DNA of 64,000 nt from Octopus bimaculoides (Eukaryota), in contig NC_068986.1 of the NCBI RefSeq assembly GCF_001194135.2, positions 43,238,350 through 43,302,349 on the forward strand, given 5' to 3'. The number at the start of each line of letters is the position of its first letter. Position 1 is the stretch's first letter. Of this stretch, positions 1-11,645 are shown in pieces. The notes under the pieces were generated by a model that ran no database searches, was not told the origin of the DNA, and saw only the letters and a list, made by a program, of their open reading frames with translations. A program made the translations under genes and the position numbers.

Positions 1-181
1 TACCACACATAATTGATTTATTGCAAATGTTTCTGGTGTTGGGTGAATTCCTCATACGTTTAAACAATTACTACATTGGTTAAATTAATAGCAGACTGTT
101 TGGTCACCCTACCATCAGGTAACAAATAGTTTTTTTAGGATACTTAAAACTTCTTGCACAATATGTAGGAAGAATCATGAG

Positions 182-571
182 TTACTCTTTTACTCTTTTA
201 TTTGCTTCAGTCTTTTGACCGTGGCCATGCTGGAGCACCGCCTTTAGTCGAGCAAATCGACCCCAGGACTTATTCTTTAGAAGCCTAGTACTTATTCTAT
301 CGGTCTCTATTGCCGAACCGCTAAGTTACGGGGACATAAACACACCAGCATCGGTTGTCAAGCGATGTTGCGGGGGACAAACACAGACACGCAAACACAT
401 ACACACATACATATATATACATACATATATACGACGAGCTTCTTTCAGTTTCCGTCTACCAAATCCACTCACAAGGCTTTGGTCGGCCCGAGGCTATAGT
501 AGAAGACACTTGCCCAAGATGCCACGCAGTGGGACTGAACCCGGGACCATGTGGTTGGTAAGCAAGCTACT
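182..571 (-). mobile_element. tRNA-derived SINE with CORE-like domain (family 2), 5' end clipped
   Basis: The reverse strand reads a tRNA-like head (GGTCCCGGGTTCAGTCCC), then the CORE-like CATCTTGGGCAAGTGTCTT, an internal (TA/CA) tract and a (AAGAGTA)-type tail. A homologous copy lies at about 24975-25290. Confidence 0.85.
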
Positions 572-649
572 TTATATCGATAAAAACATGTAAAAAGTTG
601 GCCGACAAACATAATGACAATCTATATAAAGATCTTTCATTCCATGTTT

Positions 650-1900
650 TTCAAATAAAACAGGAACAGTATAAATAGTCACAAAAGAAATGTATTTTCC
701 TTCTACATAAATATTTTACAGCGAGATTGTATTACAAAATTATAACAAATGACAATAAATTAGAATAAAAGTTTTGGAGAAAATAGTCCGTGTGTAAGTT
801 TATAGCTGAACCCCCATACCATGGCAGCTAACTGAAGAAGAGAGGAGAAATTTAAAATATCAAAGAGAAAACCTACATTCCCAAAACACAATTACCAAAC
901 AGAAACAACTAACGACAACTAAGACCGCTGAAGACACAAACCTCTAAAATACAAATATACATGTTAAACGAATAATTTAAGTTAAAAAAGATTCGAGAAA
1001 CTCCACAACTCCAACAGAATATTGACCAACGAAAACTGCACCAGAACGGCACAAACAAAACTGTACACAAAAGGCAATATGAAAAATAAGAATGAGAAAT
1101 GCCATAAATAGATATGTGAAAATCTAAAGCTGAAAATTAATGAACACTTATAAACAACAATGCACGTCTTTCTGGACAAACAAAAGTACTTCTCATGGAT
1201 AAAACTCAAAGATAATATAGCATAAACATTCAAAGATACAAGCCTAAGCAACACAGAGTATATTAGATGTAAACACAGACATCAATAACGTCAGTCTAAG
1301 TTGTGATAATACAGTAACCATCGTTACTAAAAAGGAAAGTAGCTACTTAAATTTACAAAAAAGGGAAAATATCAAAAACCAAACAACATGGTAAACAAAT
1401 AAACAGTAAAAACTTTCAAAATAAAAGAAATCATCTATCAATCTTTAATGCAATCAATAGGAAAACGATAAACTGAAAAAGTGAGGCAGTCAAATACAAA
1501 AGAAATATAAGATAACAAAAAGACGTGGCCTAAAACGAAGAACTTCTGAGCAAGAGATCCTTGCTTACCATCATTCACCAATAGCTTTCTAATAAAACGA
1601 ACATTTCCATTCCAATCCAAAATGATTTATCAACAATAGGGTTAAAATAAAGTCAATGCAGCACCAACACCAAGAAGTTGGACTACAAAAGTGTCAAGAA
1701 AAGAATGGAAAATCAATAAAAGATTACAAAACACGAGCAAAAAGAAATAATTGCTTTTTAGCATTAGTAAGTAATCGTTACAAAAAAAATTGTTCAAAAT
1801 AATGACCCCAACACTGGAACAACAGCAAAAGAATAAAATTACACAGTGCCAAAATTACAATTAAAAGGTACCAGAATATAAAATTCTCAACTTGCTGTTG
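650..1900 (+). other. A-rich, strand-biased ancient sequence, possibly a very decayed LINE
   Basis: Strong A-skew on the + strand like old LINE ORF2 remnants. No intact motif, so no family is assigned. Confidence 0.2.
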
Positions 1901-2062
1901 AATTCAATACTATAGATTTCTTGATTATAGAGTTCCTTTGTACTTTCGATAAATAGAATATTGGTCACACATGCGATACATCTCCAAGCTTTAGGCTCAT
2001 CCTAAGATGAAGAGGCTTCGGCTAAACATTGAATCACCTAACATCTTCCGAGCAGAGTTATT

Positions 2063-2280
2063 TCATCTGAATAAGGCGGTGAGCTGGCAGAATAGTTAGC
2101 ACGCTGGATGAAATACTAAGAGGTATTTCGCCCGTCTTTATGTCCTGAGTTCGAATTCCGCCGAGGTTGACTTTCCCTTTCATCCTTTCTGGTCGATAAA
2201 ATAAGTATCAGTTGAACACGGGAGTCGATGTAATCGATTCATCTCCACCTCCTCCAAGCTGCCCTTGTGGCAAAAATTTA
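2063..2280 (+). mobile_element. tRNA-derived SINE (family 1)
   Basis: Head AAGGCGGTGAGCTGGCAGAATAGTTAGCAC, B-box GAGTTCGAATTCC and central CTTTCATCCTTTCTGGTCGATAAAATAAGTA, all shared by more than 12 copies in the window. Confidence 0.85.
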
Positions 2281-3022
2281 CCAGGATCTATTTCATTGTG
2301 TCGAGGAAGATGAAAACTTTTTGAAAACGGTTATAACAAGTGACGAATCGTGCGTCTATGGCTATGATTTCAAAACCAAAACTCAGTCTTCGCAGTTGTT
2401 GTTGTTGGCACTCCGTCGCTTACGACGTCGAGGGTTCCAGTTGATCCGATCAACGGAACAGCCTGCTCGTGAAATTAACGTGCAAGTGGCTGAACACTCC
2501 ACAGACACGTGTACCCTTAACGTAGTTCTCGGGGATATTCAGCGTGACAAGGCTGGCCCTTAGTAATACAAGTACAATAGAAAGAGGAAGTGAGAGTGAC
2601 AGAAAGTTGTGGTGGAAGAGTACAGCAGGGTTCGCCACCATCCCCTGCCGGAGCCTCGTGGAGCATTAGGTGTTTTCGCTCAATAAACACTCACAACGCC
2701 CGGTCTGGGAATCGAAACCGCGATCCTATGACCGCAAGTTTGCTTCCCTAACCACTGGGCCATTGCGCCTCCACTTGTCTTCGCAGTAGAAGTTCCCACA
2801 CAAGATTTCAACACATCGAAGAAATCCAAGAGTAGACGAGGCAGATGATCGCTATTCCTAAAAAGGAGTTCCAAGAATTCGCCCTTGAATGGAAACGCCG
2901 CTGAATGAGGTATATTGCTTCAGAAGGGAATTATTTCGCAGGTGATTACGTAGTAAATTGTTATGTGTTGTAGTTTTCTTTTTATAGCAACAATCCCGAT
3001 AATTTATGGTCCGACCTCGTAT
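2281..3022 (+). mobile_element. mariner-type transposon remnant, internally deleted and interrupted by a SINE
   Basis: Translates DENFLKTVITSDESCVYGYDFKTKTQSSQ (mariner VITGDESWVYGYD motif). After the SINE it reads RFQHIEEIQE...WKRR*MRYIASEGNYFAGD, followed by a TIR-like end GGTCCGACCTCGTATA. Confidence 0.8.
2397..2774 (-). mobile_element. tRNA-derived SINE (family 3, (AAC)n tail) with 11-bp target-site duplication
   Basis: The TSD GTCTTCGCAGT occurs at 2386-2396 and 2777-2787. The minus strand starts GTGGAGGCGCAATGGCCCAGTGGTTAG. A close copy lies at 33989-34379. Confidence 0.9.
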
Positions 3023-3951
3023 AAACGTGAAATTGTCGATATAAAAAAGACATCTTTTGGTTACTACCCTGCTTATCTGTAATCGATCTCATTTTACCAT
3101 ATATACCTTTACAGAATCACTTCTGTTCGTTTGAAAATATTTTTTTCTGAACTCTATGTCTATGAAATACAAATACTTTGCGAATTAGTGTATCTTCTTT
3201 TAGGAGTTTTTCATTTCGGGTAACTGTCTTTTCAAATATCTTATACCATATCTCTATAGCGTTTGCCGTTCCTTTGTTTATTATTGTCTTTCAAATAATG
3301 ATTGAGAAAACATTTATTTATTTTTTTGTGTATATTTCATTGTTTTTTTCTTTCTGTATTCCTATATGAAAATATCTAAAGGAGTGAATGAGCATTTATT
3401 TTATTAATAACTAGACAGGCTGCTACAACATATTTCGTTTAATCTGGTAATATCATTATTCGGGTTATTTTCATTAGGTTTGTGATAGTCTGGTTAACAT
3501 ATTTATTGATGTTATTATTTCATAGCTCTTTAAAAAATAATAGGTATTTCTGTTGATTCGTAGAAAGTTCTGTTCATTTAAATTATTAAACAAGTATAAA
3601 CTATAGTACCATATTCGTGATTTCTACTTTTAGAATTCTTCTATTTTTAAATCTTTGTCACATTTCTTTTCATGCTTATATTTTATGAGATGTTGTTCGT
3701 CACTATTCGCAGAGTGTTTAGGGCTGGGTTATATTGATGTTTTGATGTTACCTTCCCTTTTCATTTGCTGATGTGAGGTCTATCTTCGTGTTTTATTTGC
3801 ACGCAGTTTGTTTTATTGATTTGCCTTAGTTCAGTGCATTTGCGTTTTTCTTATGTATTCTGATGTATTTTTCTTTTAAGTTTTACATTTCAATTTCAGG
3901 TATATTGTTCATTTTTACTAAATGGCCATATGCTCAGTAAACGTCGAGTAT

Positions 3952-4912
3952 CGATCTTTTCCTTTTGGCCGGCACATTGAAAAAATATTTTTTTGTAACT
4001 AAACACTTTCAAATTTCGTATACTGGTAGAATGTGTCATTTAGAACATCATTTACTCTTGGCGTTTTTAAGAAAATTGTTTATTTTTGAAGTTATTTCGT
4101 GTTAAAGTTGTCGTATTTCGATAATTTCAACCAAGCAATGACGTCTATTGAGGTGAAAACAATTACTGCTGTGGTTTGTCAACAAGACGTTCCGGCGGTG
4201 TACATTTAGTTTGTCACTGTTATTTCTGATATATTTACATTTGAGATACACGTGTGTATAGTTTAATCAATTCAGTTATTAGTTATTTTAGCGTTTTCGA
4301 AATTGCCTATTTTGTTTGTTGAATTATTTTCGTTTGCTTAGTGTTTACTTAGAAAAAATTAATTTCTTGATGTGCCGTTCAAAGGGAAAAGATTCCATTT
4401 TCCCCCTACAATTTCTTCATTTTTCACATTTTTCCGTAACTCTAACCCTAAAATCCCAACCCTAACCCTAACCCTAAAACTCCAACCCTAACCGTCACCC
4501 TAAAACCTTAACCCTAACCCTAACTCTAAATCCCTAACCCTAATCCTAAAACCCAAACCCTAACACTAAAACCTGAACCCTAACGCTAACCCTAAAACCC
4601 TAAAGCTAAAACAAGTACAAACTCACGAACGAGATCATAAATAGCAGTGACAAACGAAATATACACCACCGATAGTTGTTGTTGACAAACAACGGCAGTA
4701 ATTTTATTCAGCTGAATACACGTCATTGATTGGTTGCAATTACCGAAATACGACAACTTTAACACGAAATAATTTTGAAAATATAAACTTTTCTCAACAT
4801 TACTAAGAGTAAAAGATGTTTTATGTGACACATTCTACCAGTGTCCGAAGTTTGAAAGTGTTTAGTTACAAAAAATTAATTTCTCGATGTGCCGTTCAAA
4901 GGTAAAGGATCC
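3952..4912. mobile_element. foldback/MITE-like non-autonomous DNA element with about 280-bp inverted arms
   Basis: 3952-4232 is the imperfect reverse complement of 4636-4912 (termini CGATCTTTTCCTTTTGG.CGGCACAT / ATGTGCCGTTCAAAGGTAAAGGATCC). A third copy of the right terminus lies at about 4340-4396. Confidence 0.8.
4437..4606 (+). repeat. degenerate telomere-like (TAACCC)n array inside the foldback element
   Basis: Repeated TAACCC units interspersed with TAAAACC variants. Confidence 0.9.
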
Positions 4913-5212
4913 TATGCATTTAATATGCTTTTGCATATTTGAACATGAAAATGTTAATTGCGGTTGTGTTTCGTCATTAGAGAATAGCTTCTCCTTTTAG
5001 ACAAATGTGTGTTCATAACTCATTCGATTCATAAGCATAAAAGGATTCTGATACACCTGATGTTTCTTCAGCGTGGTGTCTCTTAAGCCAAAAACTGACT
5101 AATGGATCTAAGAAGCCTAATAAATTTAACAAGTATGTACGGGTCTTCGACATATTTCTTATGTGTGCTGGTATCTATAAACCGATGATAAATCGTCACG
5201 TGCACGGGGAAG

Positions 5213-5900
5213 TCAATAATCAAGACGAGGATTTGAATGATCATTCTTAATACGTTCCAACATATTCGAATACGAATATGCTAATCGCAATTGTATTTTG
5301 TCATTGGGGACCAATTTTATTTTGCGTTGGCAGATATCAGCATGCATCAGCAAATAATTTGCTGAAATTATAAACAAGATCCACGAACTCTTGTTAGATG
5401 CATTAGTTCGAGATGCTTTTGGCTCACGAGTCAAAAAGATGTCGGAACAACGGATGTTCCAGAGTCTTCTTATGCTAATGAATTGAGCATGTTCAGAACA
5501 CACGTTTGTCAAAAAGGAGTTGTTCTTCAATGATAAATCACGACAGTAATTAGTATATATGTCTTCAAATCTGTTGTAACATATTAAGAATGAATATGCA
5601 AGTCATGTTTATTTTTAGAATGAGATCTGTGATATCTTTTCTGTAAATTTTATGCCTAAATACAATCCTAGTCATGTTTTAGAAGAATATGGATGTAAAA
5701 TTTTGCACAGAAGCGTAGTTTTTATGCAGCTGTTAACAAATCTACCACGTACCGTCTTGTTACTTTTGGCGATGCTGATTTCTGCAAGCTTCCAAATGCT
5801 AACTGGGGGTTCTCCCTTTAACTTTGCGTTGGATGGGATGATCTTTATTTGCTTTGTTAATTTTTGTTAAATTTTGTATATTGGAGACAAAATCGTTTTG
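5213..5900 (-). other. very decayed LINE-like remnant (uncertain)
   Basis: Only a YLGIKF-like stretch near 5670 on the minus strand suggests the late RT domain. No intact ORF. Confidence 0.2.
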
Positions 5901-6186
5901 CTTTCATATGAAGCGCGCTTCATCATTTTCTTTCCATATGATATTCGATTACCGAGCGGTATAAACGTAATTATAATTATATGAGGTAACACCATTAGTC
6001 TCACAAGTCAATAGCTATATAATTCAAATAGTTATTCTTTCCGTCTATATTGGTTGATATTTAACAGTTATCAAAGTATGTGGGGGTGCGAATTCAGCTT
6101 GTAGTCTATATTAAACGCAGAACGGTTTTTTGTCAAACGTTCTTCGGCATTTGTAAAATATACCCCGTTCTTGTTAAAGATTCTTG

Positions 6187-6935
6187 TTAAGGGTTCTTGT
6201 TGGTAAATGTCCAGTACTTTGTCCGCTTAGGAATTATTTCTAAATGTTCAGTCAGTTTACGTTTTTTGTAACTGCTCCTTCTAGGCTCAATCTCTTTCTG
6301 TGCTGGTATGTCGAACATGTCGTAAAACACTTCCATTAGAATTTCCGTCCTTTCTTCTGTATGTCTGATTTTTAATTGATTTAGGTGTCGTTTATGCTCC
6401 CATCGTTGGCCCTTTATTAAAAACATCATGATTGCAATTCTTTCAGTCACTGCACTATCATGCCAACTCTCTTTAACTTTCTTGTATACTTTGAAATGGG
6501 CTTTGTCCTCGACATTAAAATGTTTAGTTGAATTTTTTGTATTTTGTCTATACATTTTTTCCTTTGGCAACAATTTGTTGAAAATCGGTTCAATCTTTCG
6601 AACGACCATTAGCTCTGCAGACGACTTGTCTGAACTGGTATTCAGATTGGGCGTTATTCTGTACACCCTTAAGTTAGAACCTTTAGTTAGAACTTCGTCA
6701 TTTTCCAACGCGTTACTTACTTTTTCAGCGCTCGCTTGAAATTATCAGCCAATCGTTCTGCTTACCCATTTGACCTCGGCTGGCAGGGCGGGGTAAACAT
6801 GCATTTAGCAGAATTTCTTAAACTCATGTCCTGTAAATTGTGTTCCATTGTCCGATATTATGGTGTCCGGAACACCGTATCGAACAAAAAGTTCGTGCAA
6901 GAACTTTATTGCTGCATTCGATCTGTTATTCGTTA
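6187..6935 (-). mobile_element. Ty3/Gypsy pol fragment: integrase core and C-terminus (K02A2.6-like), frameshifted
   Basis: The minus strand gives IKFLHELFVRYGVPDTIISDNGTQFTGHEFKKFC, then YRITPNLNTSSDKSSAELMVVRKIEPIFNKLLP and WEHKRHLNQLKIR. No LTRs recognised. Confidence 0.85.
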
Positions 6936-6939
6936 AACT

Positions 6940-8200
6940 TTCCCAAATCATGTATTCTTGAAAATTTCAAGTTCGAAAACTAAAGATGTTCAAAACATGT
7001 TTTACGATTAACAGTTTGTGCATTAATCACGTTTCAAAATCTTTGAAGAGTTGTTTTTATTGGAAAATGGCCTAAGGCAAATGTCTTTACTCGTGATAAT
7101 AAATTTATTTTCCTGGTGTAAATATCAAAATGAATGGGAAGGAAAACATGGTCTTGGCCATTAAACTCGATGAATTCGGAAGTTGTTACTTCATGCGGAT
7201 TAGAAACGAGGCTTCATTTCTTTAACTGTGTGCTATCTGTCTGGATTAGTATTCATGGAAAAGAGTAATTCTGATCAAGAATTAATCCAGAAGTAGTGGA
7301 TTTTATCTAATCCCAGATATTTTCATCTATCAATTTTAATTAAGGTGCGTTAGATTCTTCGATATGGGTATTACATCATTGCTCTTACGGGTATTTATCA
7401 TTGTTTTTCTTTCATCATTCATTCATTCGGCATCAATGCTGAATATTTTCTAATACTTGGAAATTTCTACTGAAGTGAATCAATACCCATTGACATAAAG
7501 ATTTTATATTGCTTTTGGGCATTTCACTTTTTCCATTTTTTTTACATTTCATTCTTTAAGAACATAAGTTGCATCTAAATTTTTTTAAACAAATTCCCTT
7601 CATTTACTGAAGAGTTTTGGTTGTTTTTTTTATCGTTTATTTCTTTCGAGTTTATCATTTTAAATCCTTACGATATTCGCTTCGCGATCTTGTGTGTAAT
7701 AGGTCTTCTCAAAATATTTCAATTTCGTTTTGGATATATTTTTCCATATAGGAACTAACAATTTCTATAAGATTCTTCTTTAGTATATATATTCCTTTCA
7801 CAGACAGATCCAGAATATTAAGCTTTTATTTGTTTTTGGAAGTTATATCATCATACATATGCATTTTCATAATTTGTTACTTTCGGCATTGGATTCCAGC
7901 TTCCGCAATGTTATGCTAAACCATATTAATGGAATGTAAAATATATTTTTAGCATTTGGTTAAAACCATCCCATTTATAATCAAATAGCGTTTCGAACGT
8001 AGTAGGCTGATGAATACGATTTACTTCAGATATTTACGGAGATATCAAAAGATTTTGGCACATTAATAATTCGAAATAAAAACAAATGTTTGTTTCATAA
8101 ACTAATAAGCAATTAAAGAAAATTCACATAACTTGAAAATAATTATTTCTTTCTTAGCCTAAACAATATCTTTCGCTTCCATATTCATCTATTTTTATTA
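6940..8200 (-). mobile_element. heavily decayed LINE ORF2 (endonuclease to pre-RT region), clade uncertain
   Basis: Weak matches on the minus strand: a GDFN-like stretch near 7965 and an RPISLLN..SKIL-like stretch near 7070. Many stops. Confidence 0.3.
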
Positions 8201-8419
8201 TTTCGAAGAAAAGCAATGATACAAAACAATCGATCAAACGCCTTGTTGAAATTCTTAATGCTTGGGCAGAAAATCAGTCGAAGCTCCAAGACAGAGACAT
8301 CGTCGAGTGAAAGTTTTAGTTTAGATAAATGTATAACTGACTTATTATCTAGTGTGATGGATTTTCTTGGGCAAGTGGTTTTCAGAGTGTTACTCTCATT
8401 AAACTCTTGACTACATTTT

Positions 8420-10900
8420 GGTCTTTGCTCGAAATCTTTATTTAAAACATGGAACCTATTGGGTGATAAAAATTGTTCTGCATGTTCATGTGAGAAGTCA
8501 TAATATTCAGTCGTCTTTCTAGGAGTAGTCCATTTCTGTGGCTTTTGTAGGCATTTGAAAAATGCTTGCTAAAAATGATGATAATGATGATGATGATCGA
8601 ATCTGGCGCAAATGGAGTGAAAAGAATCCCAATTGACATCATGATAAAGTTCAGGATGGACGTTCACAAGCTCTACTGGAATTTCTTGAATCTTGTCAGA
8701 GAGCCTTCAAACAAGTGGAAAGACGTTGTGGAATAACATCACAAATTCCCAACGTTACGCACTACACCGTCTAGCTAATGGCTATTCTATTGTTGGTACA
8801 AATGGCAAATGAGGGAGGCGCTATTGTAATTATGGACAAAAGAGATTATGCTTCAGCTTGTGAAGAAGTTTCAAGTGACAAAACTTCATATGAAGAATTA
8901 CCTGTCGCTCGAAACTCAAATTACAGAGAGGAACTTGACAAAATAATTCTGAAATGGAGGAAAACAATTTCATTAATAAGGCCGAATCCAAGATTTTACG
9001 AACAGAAAGACGAACACCCGTGTTTTATGGTCTCCCGAAAATACACAAAAAGTTTGAAAGATTTACTCCAATGCACCCAGTTCGCAGCGGATACAGCAAA
9101 TATTTCGGAGTGGCTGGATGGCTTTCTACTCTCAGTCGCAAAAAGATCAAGTTCCTATATTCGGGATACTTTTATCTAAAATCAACAACTTTTGAACCCG
9201 AAGCCCTGTCAAAAACTGTTTCTTCGTAACCATGGATGTTTCTTCCTCATATCCCATTATTGACCACGACGCGTGGACAGAAACATGCATGAATGCCTTC
9301 GAAAAACAGTCAAACAAAAGTATTCTCTGTAGGTTATTGAGGTTTGTGTTACAAAGTAACACAATGAAGTTTGGACAAAAGTTTTACTATCAGATGAGGG
9401 TTTGCCCCATGGCAGTTAATTTTGCCAATGTCTTCATGACAAAATTCGAGACAGTTACTGAAGACATTTAATTCTCTACGTGGTCATGAACCAATACTTT
9501 GGTTACGGTACATTGATGACGTCTTTTTGTCTGGAAAGGGTCACAAGATAGTTTAATTGAATTCTTGCATTTCTGTGACAGATATGCTAAAATTTACGTC
9601 TAGTTTATCAAAAACTAGCGTTAAATTTTTGGACACAGAAGTTAAGTTATCTTGAGGCGAAATAGTGACAGAGTTATTTAACAAGCTCACATCAACCCAA
9701 ATTTCCCCCAACCGCCGCTCCGCCCTTCCACATCATATAATTCGGTCAAATCTGAAACCCCAACTTTTGAGGATAAAACGGATTTGTACTGACATAAGGG
9801 ATTACTGGAAATATACAAATGTTTTTGTACACCATCATGTCATATTTGGTTACAGTGAATCACGATTAAAGGAAATAGCAAATGACATAGCTAAGATTAG
9901 CAAAGCAAATCAAACCTTCACCCATAATTTTAGCAAACACAGTACAATATGTGACAGAATTCTTTTAGTGATTAACTGGCACCGAAATTTCGCTGGCAGT
10001 TCGAAAATTTTGCATGAAAGTTACCAGCATGTTGCGAAAAAATATGCTCGTTTTAAACAAATATTTCCTCAGGCGCCTGCTGTAGCCTTTAGACGGAATA
10101 AAAATATAAGACAATTTATTAACCTCTATTTATGACTCCAAGAAGACTAACATTGGAGTATCTGCACGCTTCACCCTGAAAAACAGCCGCAAGAGAGGTA
10201 AGCCTTGTTCATTGTGCAACAACATGAGTCAAGCGAATTCCATCAGGAATCATAACAGAAATATTATGATTTATACAGACGGTGGGACATGTAGAGATTT
10301 CCATTTCGTGTACGTAGCAGAATTTACGAAGCACAACTTGATTTATATTGGTTGTACAGGAGAACAATTAAACAAAAGATTTAATGGGCACAGATATGAC
10401 GTCAGACCCAATAACAGTAGTTCGACAGAAAGATCTGAAAGTGCATATTATCAGAAAATATCTGAATCTGCTACACTTTCAGTACTCAAAATGCATGAAG
10501 AAAAATATTTTTTGCAGGTTATTAACATCACACCCAGGAAGAATAAATAAAATGACAGAAGAATTTCATTCTATTTACACAAAATTCTTTTTCCTTTTCT
10601 TTTTTGCTTTTTTCTACCCTTTTCTTGTTTTTCTCCTTTTTTTTCTTTCTTCTTCATTTTGCCAGGTGTAAAATTGAAATTTGAAGACTGATGATGTCAT
10701 TTTATCAACGTGTGGACGCTGCTTGCTCTCATTCATATTTGGATTTGAATTTCGATAATTTTGAATTTTTATCACTTTTCATTTTGAACTCGACAAAGAC
10801 AAGCTTGCTCTCGAAATATCGTTCAACCATAAAATACTTATTGCAATCGCTTCGCGCTCTTGTTATTGTCTATATATCTCCGTGAAGAGTTACAGCAATC
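8420..10900 (+). mobile_element. Penelope-like element (RT + GIY-YIG), near full-length but degenerate; Neptune-like Cys linker
   Basis: Frameshifted pieces in the correct order: (A)NEGGAIVIMDKRDY, TPVFYGLPKIHK, MDVSSSYPII, KFYYQMR..MAVNFANVFM, WLRYIDDVF, RRNKNIRQ, KPCSLCNNM, VYVAEFTKHNLIYIGCTGEQLNKRFNGHRYD. A hammerhead-like motif follows in the 3' region. Confidence 0.9.
10784..10826 (+). ncRNA. minimal type I hammerhead ribozyme-like motif (degenerate core) in the Penelope 3' region
   Basis: Perfect stem I TTGAAC/GTTCAA, core variant (C)TCGACAA in place of CTGANGA, stem II GACAAG-CTTG(C)TC, and GAAATATC with palindromic ATAT and an AUC cleavage triplet. Confidence 0.55.
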
Positions 10901-10912
10901 CTTATAGAATAT

Positions 10913-10917
10913 TATTA

Positions 10918-10961
<44 letters not shown>
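10913..10961. repeat. (TTA)n microsatellite
   Basis: Direct reading. Separates the Penelope 3' end from a Dong 3' end. Confidence 0.95.
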
Positions 10962-10962
<1 letters not shown>

Positions 10963-11529
10963 GCTTGACTTTTTGTAAGTCTCCCCCAGAGACCTCAAGT
11001 GACAACAAGTTAGAAGTTCAAGTTGGTGTTATGACTAGGGTGTCATATATTTGGTTTTGCATAAAATATTGTTCTAGAAAGTGTTTAAGAAAACATAAGA
11101 AAATTGTGATTTAAACTTTGAGATTACATAGACAGCATTTTACGTAGGATATAAGCAGTTCCCATGAGCACTATCTTTTGAATTTCTACCATTTTGGTGT
11201 TTCCTGGTATCTGATCTAGGTAGGAGTCAGCTCCTTTTGCTATTATTCCTAGGGCACGTATGACAACAGGAATTGTTTTAGTCCTCAGGTTTCACATTTT
11301 GCCAATTTCTGTTTCAAGATTTTTATACTTGCACAGTTTGTGGTAGGTCTTGACAGATACATTTGTGTCGATTGGAATAGTCATATCAATGAGGGGGCAT
11401 GATTTTTGTCTAAAGTCCTTCAATATAATGTCTAGCCTATTCGCATCTATCTTTCTGCCAGTTTGAATGGTGAAGTTCCAGAAATGTGAGATGTGGTCAC
11501 TTTCGAGCACTGGATGTGGTTTGTGTTCC

Positions 11530-11530
<1 letters not shown>
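10962..11530 (-). mobile_element. R4/Dong-clade non-LTR retrotransposon, 3' fragment (family A)
   Basis: Restriction-like endonuclease motif FWNFTIQTGRKIDANRLDII...IDMTIPID...KYKNLETEIGKM, then MGTAYILRKMLSM* and a 3' UTR ending directly in (TAA)n. Confidence 0.85.
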
Positions 11531-11592
<62 letters not shown>

Positions 11593-11645
11593 CATCATCA
11601 TCATCATCATCATCATCTTTATTATCATCATTATTATCATTATTT
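11531..11645. repeat. (TTA)n/(TCA)n compound microsatellite
   Basis: Direct reading. Lies between two Dong fragments. Confidence 0.95.

Noticed and set aside
2063-2170. tRNA-like A/B boxes here and in the other SINE heads
   Set aside because: They continue into SINE cores and tails and lack a complete cloverleaf, so they are not tRNA genes.
4437-4606. True telomere or chromosome-fusion scar
   Set aside because: Short, degenerate, single-orientation and enclosed by transposon-like inverted arms.
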